64,000 nucleotides of DNA from Camelus dromedarius (Eukaryota): the NCBI RefSeq assembly GCF_036321535.1, contig NC_087464.1, positions 12,028,001-12,092,000 of the forward strand, read 5' to 3'. The first letter of the stretch is position 1, and every line of letters starts with the position of its first letter. The position numbers and the translations under genes are program-made. The notes below the pieces were generated by a model that saw only the letters and a program-made list of their open reading frames with translations, did no database searches and was not told where the DNA came from. Positions 60,224 to 64,000 of this stretch are shown in pieces.

Positions 60224-63200
60224 ATTCTTGGGCAGAAACAACACCTCCCTGCGGTCCCCATTTCTACCTCCATCCCCAAAGGTTATGTTAAACCTCCCTC
60301 ATCAGGATGCTGTTTCTGCCAGGAGGATTTTAACACAGTAACCACGTTTCCATGCAATAGAAGAACTCTTTTAATGTCAATCCCTAACTGGCCATTACCT
60401 TCCCCACCCTCAAGGGGTAGAGTTTGAAATATGCCCCCAATTGTCAGGTTGCAGGCTGAGAACAGAGGCAGCTGGCCAGGGAAAACAGAACACTCAAATG
60501 GGAGAGACACAGACAGAAAGCTGCAGGGCCATGCAAAATAGGAAGAGAAGCCATTCCCTGTAATGAGTAACCGGCGGCAGGCGCTTTGCAGAGCAATCCA
60601 GTTGATAAATACTCTGTACTTAAAGTGAACTTTGAACAAATGCATAAGCAGAGATTGAGTGTTTTCTGCAAACAGAAGCAAGCAAGAGCTTCATACAGAG
60701 AAGCCATGTCCCAGCACAGACTGAGGTCGGATAAGAATGGGGTTGGAGATTCCAACAGAAGGGAAGTAGCCGCCTAGGCAGTAAAATCAACTTGAAAACA
60801 CCCGGATAAATCAGAGGGCAGGCAGGCTTCTTGTGGTATGAAGGAGGGTGGCATGAGTTTTGCAATGAGAAGAAATTGGAAATTCTTATCAGAATCCCAC
60901 TGTACGTTATTGACGGTTTGCTCTATGCACCCCGGTTTAAGCTGACCGTATAGGAAGTGGTTTATCACTCTTCTTTCCACCGGGTGTGCGCATCACCTTC
61001 GATGAATTCTTTTGTTGGCTTCATGACCAGAACTAAGGAATCCCATTGGGTTCTTTTACAAACACATACCTGGACCGAGGGGTTTGGATGTCCAGCCTGA
61101 GGACAGTGCAGTTAAGTAGCTCCCTTTAGAGAATGAACCTTCAGCATCCTAATTTCTCTCTAGGAGTGTTGCAAGTTATGTTAGCACCATCAGCCCCCAG
61201 AACAGAGGATAATCAGTGGCTGTGGAAAGGAAGAATGGAAAAGCCCTGGGGATGATGGGTTTGGGACCTTCTTCAGTGAGACAGGGAGCCAGAAAGATCT
61301 GGAAGGGGTGCTCATTGTCAAACTGGAGGAGTGGGGAGAGTCAGGTGGAGCGTTTCCAGGCAGCTATGCCTGCTTTTCATTAAGATAGAAACCCAGATAC
61401 ATCCTGTCCTTGTGCAACGCCAACTGATCTCAACAAGGCAGCCCAAACTCACTGGCCCATCCATTCTGACAGCAACAAGACAGTGGTGAGAACAGTCTCC
61501 GATTCCCTCATCTGCCAGGACCGGGTATGGATTTGAGTTTCTGATAGAAATAAACAGAATTCACTCTTCTCGGTGATTTAAACAGACATAATTTAACAAG
61601 AAATACCAGGGCAGAGAATGAAGTGCCATGAACAAACTTATTTTTTTAGCTTTCCCTTTGTTCCTGGTCCTTCAGGGAGGGTGGTCCTTCCCCACCATGG
61701 GGGATTCTCTTTAGAAGAGCTTCTGGAAACCCTGGCAGAAGAGAGGGTTAAATGGCAGAGCCACCGAGAACAGATTAAGAGCGAATGATTACATGGGAGC
61801 TGGGCTGAAGCTGAGCCCTGCCCTGGCAATATGCTGTCCTGATAACTGCGTGCGGGTACGTGGAAGGTCTCCTTGGATTTTCACAGGAAAGGGCAGATTA
61901 ACAGCAAACAAAGGGATAAAAAGCCCGAACCTTAAATAGCTAGAGAGAAGCCGGGTGGGAGAAACAGCCCTTGCACAGGTCCCGTCTCTTGGGGCCTTTG
62001 AGGCCAAATCCCATTTCACACCAGATTTAATGGAGAAGTCTTTGAAAGTCAAAAATCTGCCCACTGCCTTTGAACATCTTCCCTTAAAATGATGTTAATG
62101 AGCTTGGCTACTTCAGACCACGAGGCCCCGCTGCTGTCCCAGCAGGGGTGACATCCACCCAGGCCCTGCTACCTGAATTCTCTCATTTGGAGATCCAGTT
62201 TCACCCCTGATTTCCCCTTTTTATTCCTTTATCTGAGAAGAAAAGAATATTTAGACATTTAATTGGCATGTAACGACAGATAAGTCTAACAAGTTAATTA
62301 GTTCTCAATTAAGTTGCATTTACCATACTTCCCGAATGTGTTCTCAGCAATTAGGGGCACCTAATGAACTTGCCATAGCTGCATGCTTTCCCCGGCAAGC
62401 AGAACCAGGAGAGCGGCAGGGCATCGTCTTTCAGAAAGCTAGAGTCAGTATGTACATCCAACCTGTCTTAAGGTCCATTGGATGTCATAGCTGGACCAGG
62501 TCTGTGAAAATGGAAACAAAGAATCACAGAATTCGTGTAATGAATTGGCTTTGGAATCCAGAAGACACAGCTTCAGGTCTTAAGTACTACTTTCTAGTAA
62601 TTTAACTTTGGACAAATATCTCCCCAAATCTCCAAGCCTCAGTTTCCCCATTCCTATGCCAAGCATAGCCATTGGGAGCTTCCTAATGTTCCTAGGCAGA
62701 CTGATCAGAGAGTGAGGTCAAAGCCTTACAGATCCTGTATATAGTGGACATTGTGTCAGTTTGTACATGTCTCTCTGTAGGCTCTGTGGTTTGGGAGGAT
62801 TTGGGTAAGGACGTTACCTGGTCAAGCTCTTGCAGGGGTGAGGGGCTGTCATTTTTAAGTCATTGCAGGAGCCCCGAGTCACATTCCAACATCCTGTTAG
62901 TGGAGAAAGCTCCCTGAAAGCATTGTCAAAATTTTACGTGATGGCCAAGGAATGCAGATGGATAAGGTTAATTATTCATTTTATCCTGGTGTTTCCCTTA
63001 AGAGGCAGTGAAACTGTGATCAGGAAAGTGATGGAGTTTATCAGTCAGGCCATGGGGAGCCATGAGAATGAAACCAGTTCCCTCTGGGGAGAAAAAGGAG
63101 CGATAGATTGGGGAAGAGGGGGGAGTTCTCTCAGCAAATCATTGTCCTGCTACAGTGAGAGGGGTCCAGAGTTCCCGCTCTCCCTCTCCATTCCTTTCCA

Positions 63201-63824
63201 GCCACAGGCTCACCTTCCTTCAGCACCAGCTATGATTAAAAAGCCATGTTGAGGAATCATCAGAAGGAGAGGGAAAAAATTTACAAACTAATTTGCATTT
63301 TAATGAATTTTTAATTGAACCAAAATCTGTTGTTTCTGTTTAAAGATGCAGCGCTGACTTTGTGGTCTCTGCTGCTGTGGGCCAAGTGGGAACTTAATGC
63401 GATAAAAACAATGATAATGCTAAGCTTAATTAGGTTTGAAATCTCGTCGAGAAAGGCTGAACGGAGTCTGGGAATGGCGAGCATTTGATAGCAGCAGACT
63501 AAGAAGCCAGATTTTATTGGTAGATATCTTCTTCCTAAAACCACCAAGAATGTACCCAAATCAGCCAGGTACCTATGCTGGGCCAAGACACCATCAGTGA
63601 GTCCTCTCCTGTCGTGGTGCTTTTGGGGTTCCAGGCATGGGTGCCAGACAAGCCCAGCCAGTGGGAGGGGGATAACGAATTTCTACTTTGGCTTTGTTTT
63701 TTTTTTTATCATCAATGGCTTCACCTTTTCTTTATGTCACCTAGCAGGGTCTTAGTGGGGGTCACACTAAGACACACAGATGAGGGTCAAGGTGCCATGT
63801 ACCTTTGGGAGAAGACACTGAGAG

Positions 63825-64000
63825 GCACCAAAGAGAACTGCTAATGGTCTGGGGTTTTATCCTACTTACAAGCTAACATGGCATGGTTATATGGACGCTG
63901 GCAGAAGACACGACACTCCTGGGTCAGAGACAAGGGACTTGATACTCATGGCAAAGTCTGTAGCCAGAGCTTCATGTTTGTACCAGCTTTCCATGACCTG
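63825..64000 (-). mobile_element. ERV-L LTR 3' end (MER76/MER68-like), continues past window edge
   Basis: atcctacttacaagctaac...gctggcagaagacacgacactcctgggtcagagacaagggact. Confidence 0.7.

Noticed and set aside
1-64000. CRISPR arrays, rRNA, operon-like or prokaryotic/viral defence systems; remaining short ORFs in the track
   Set aside because: There are no regularly spaced repeats or RNA-gene signatures. The short ORFs map to repeats or random sequence, apart from those used above as ENO1 and ERV-L evidence.

Overview
This is mammalian genomic DNA, very probably camelid (alpaca, camel or llama): it carries two young tRNA-Ala(AGC)-derived vic-1-type SINEs with clean target-site duplications (TSDs). 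It has three assembly gaps and I could not recognise any intact protein-coding gene. The main landmarks are four. (1) An old, intronless ENO1 retropseudogene on the minus strand (about 8030-10088), split by a MER58/Cheshire hAT transposon that itself carries a MIR-containing insert. (2) A strong CpG island at about 33.3-35.3 kb that looks like the promoter and first exon of an unidentified, probably minus-strand gene; an N gap hides part of it. (3) A decayed ERV-L (HERV16/LTR16-like) provirus on the minus strand (47967-53316), with a tRNA-Leu primer-binding site (PBS), gag, pro, RT (YIDD), RNase H and polypurine tract (PPT), no integrase, three LTR copies and three younger nested elements. (4) A dense background of MIR, L2, L1, MaLR and hAT repeats; only representative MIR and L2 copies are listed. 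Repeat family names come from my recollection of consensus sequences, not from a database search. I found no evidence of a new biological system. The most interesting items are the nested-insertion chronologies, the odd three-LTR structure, and a few candidate exon and regulatory signals that need testing.
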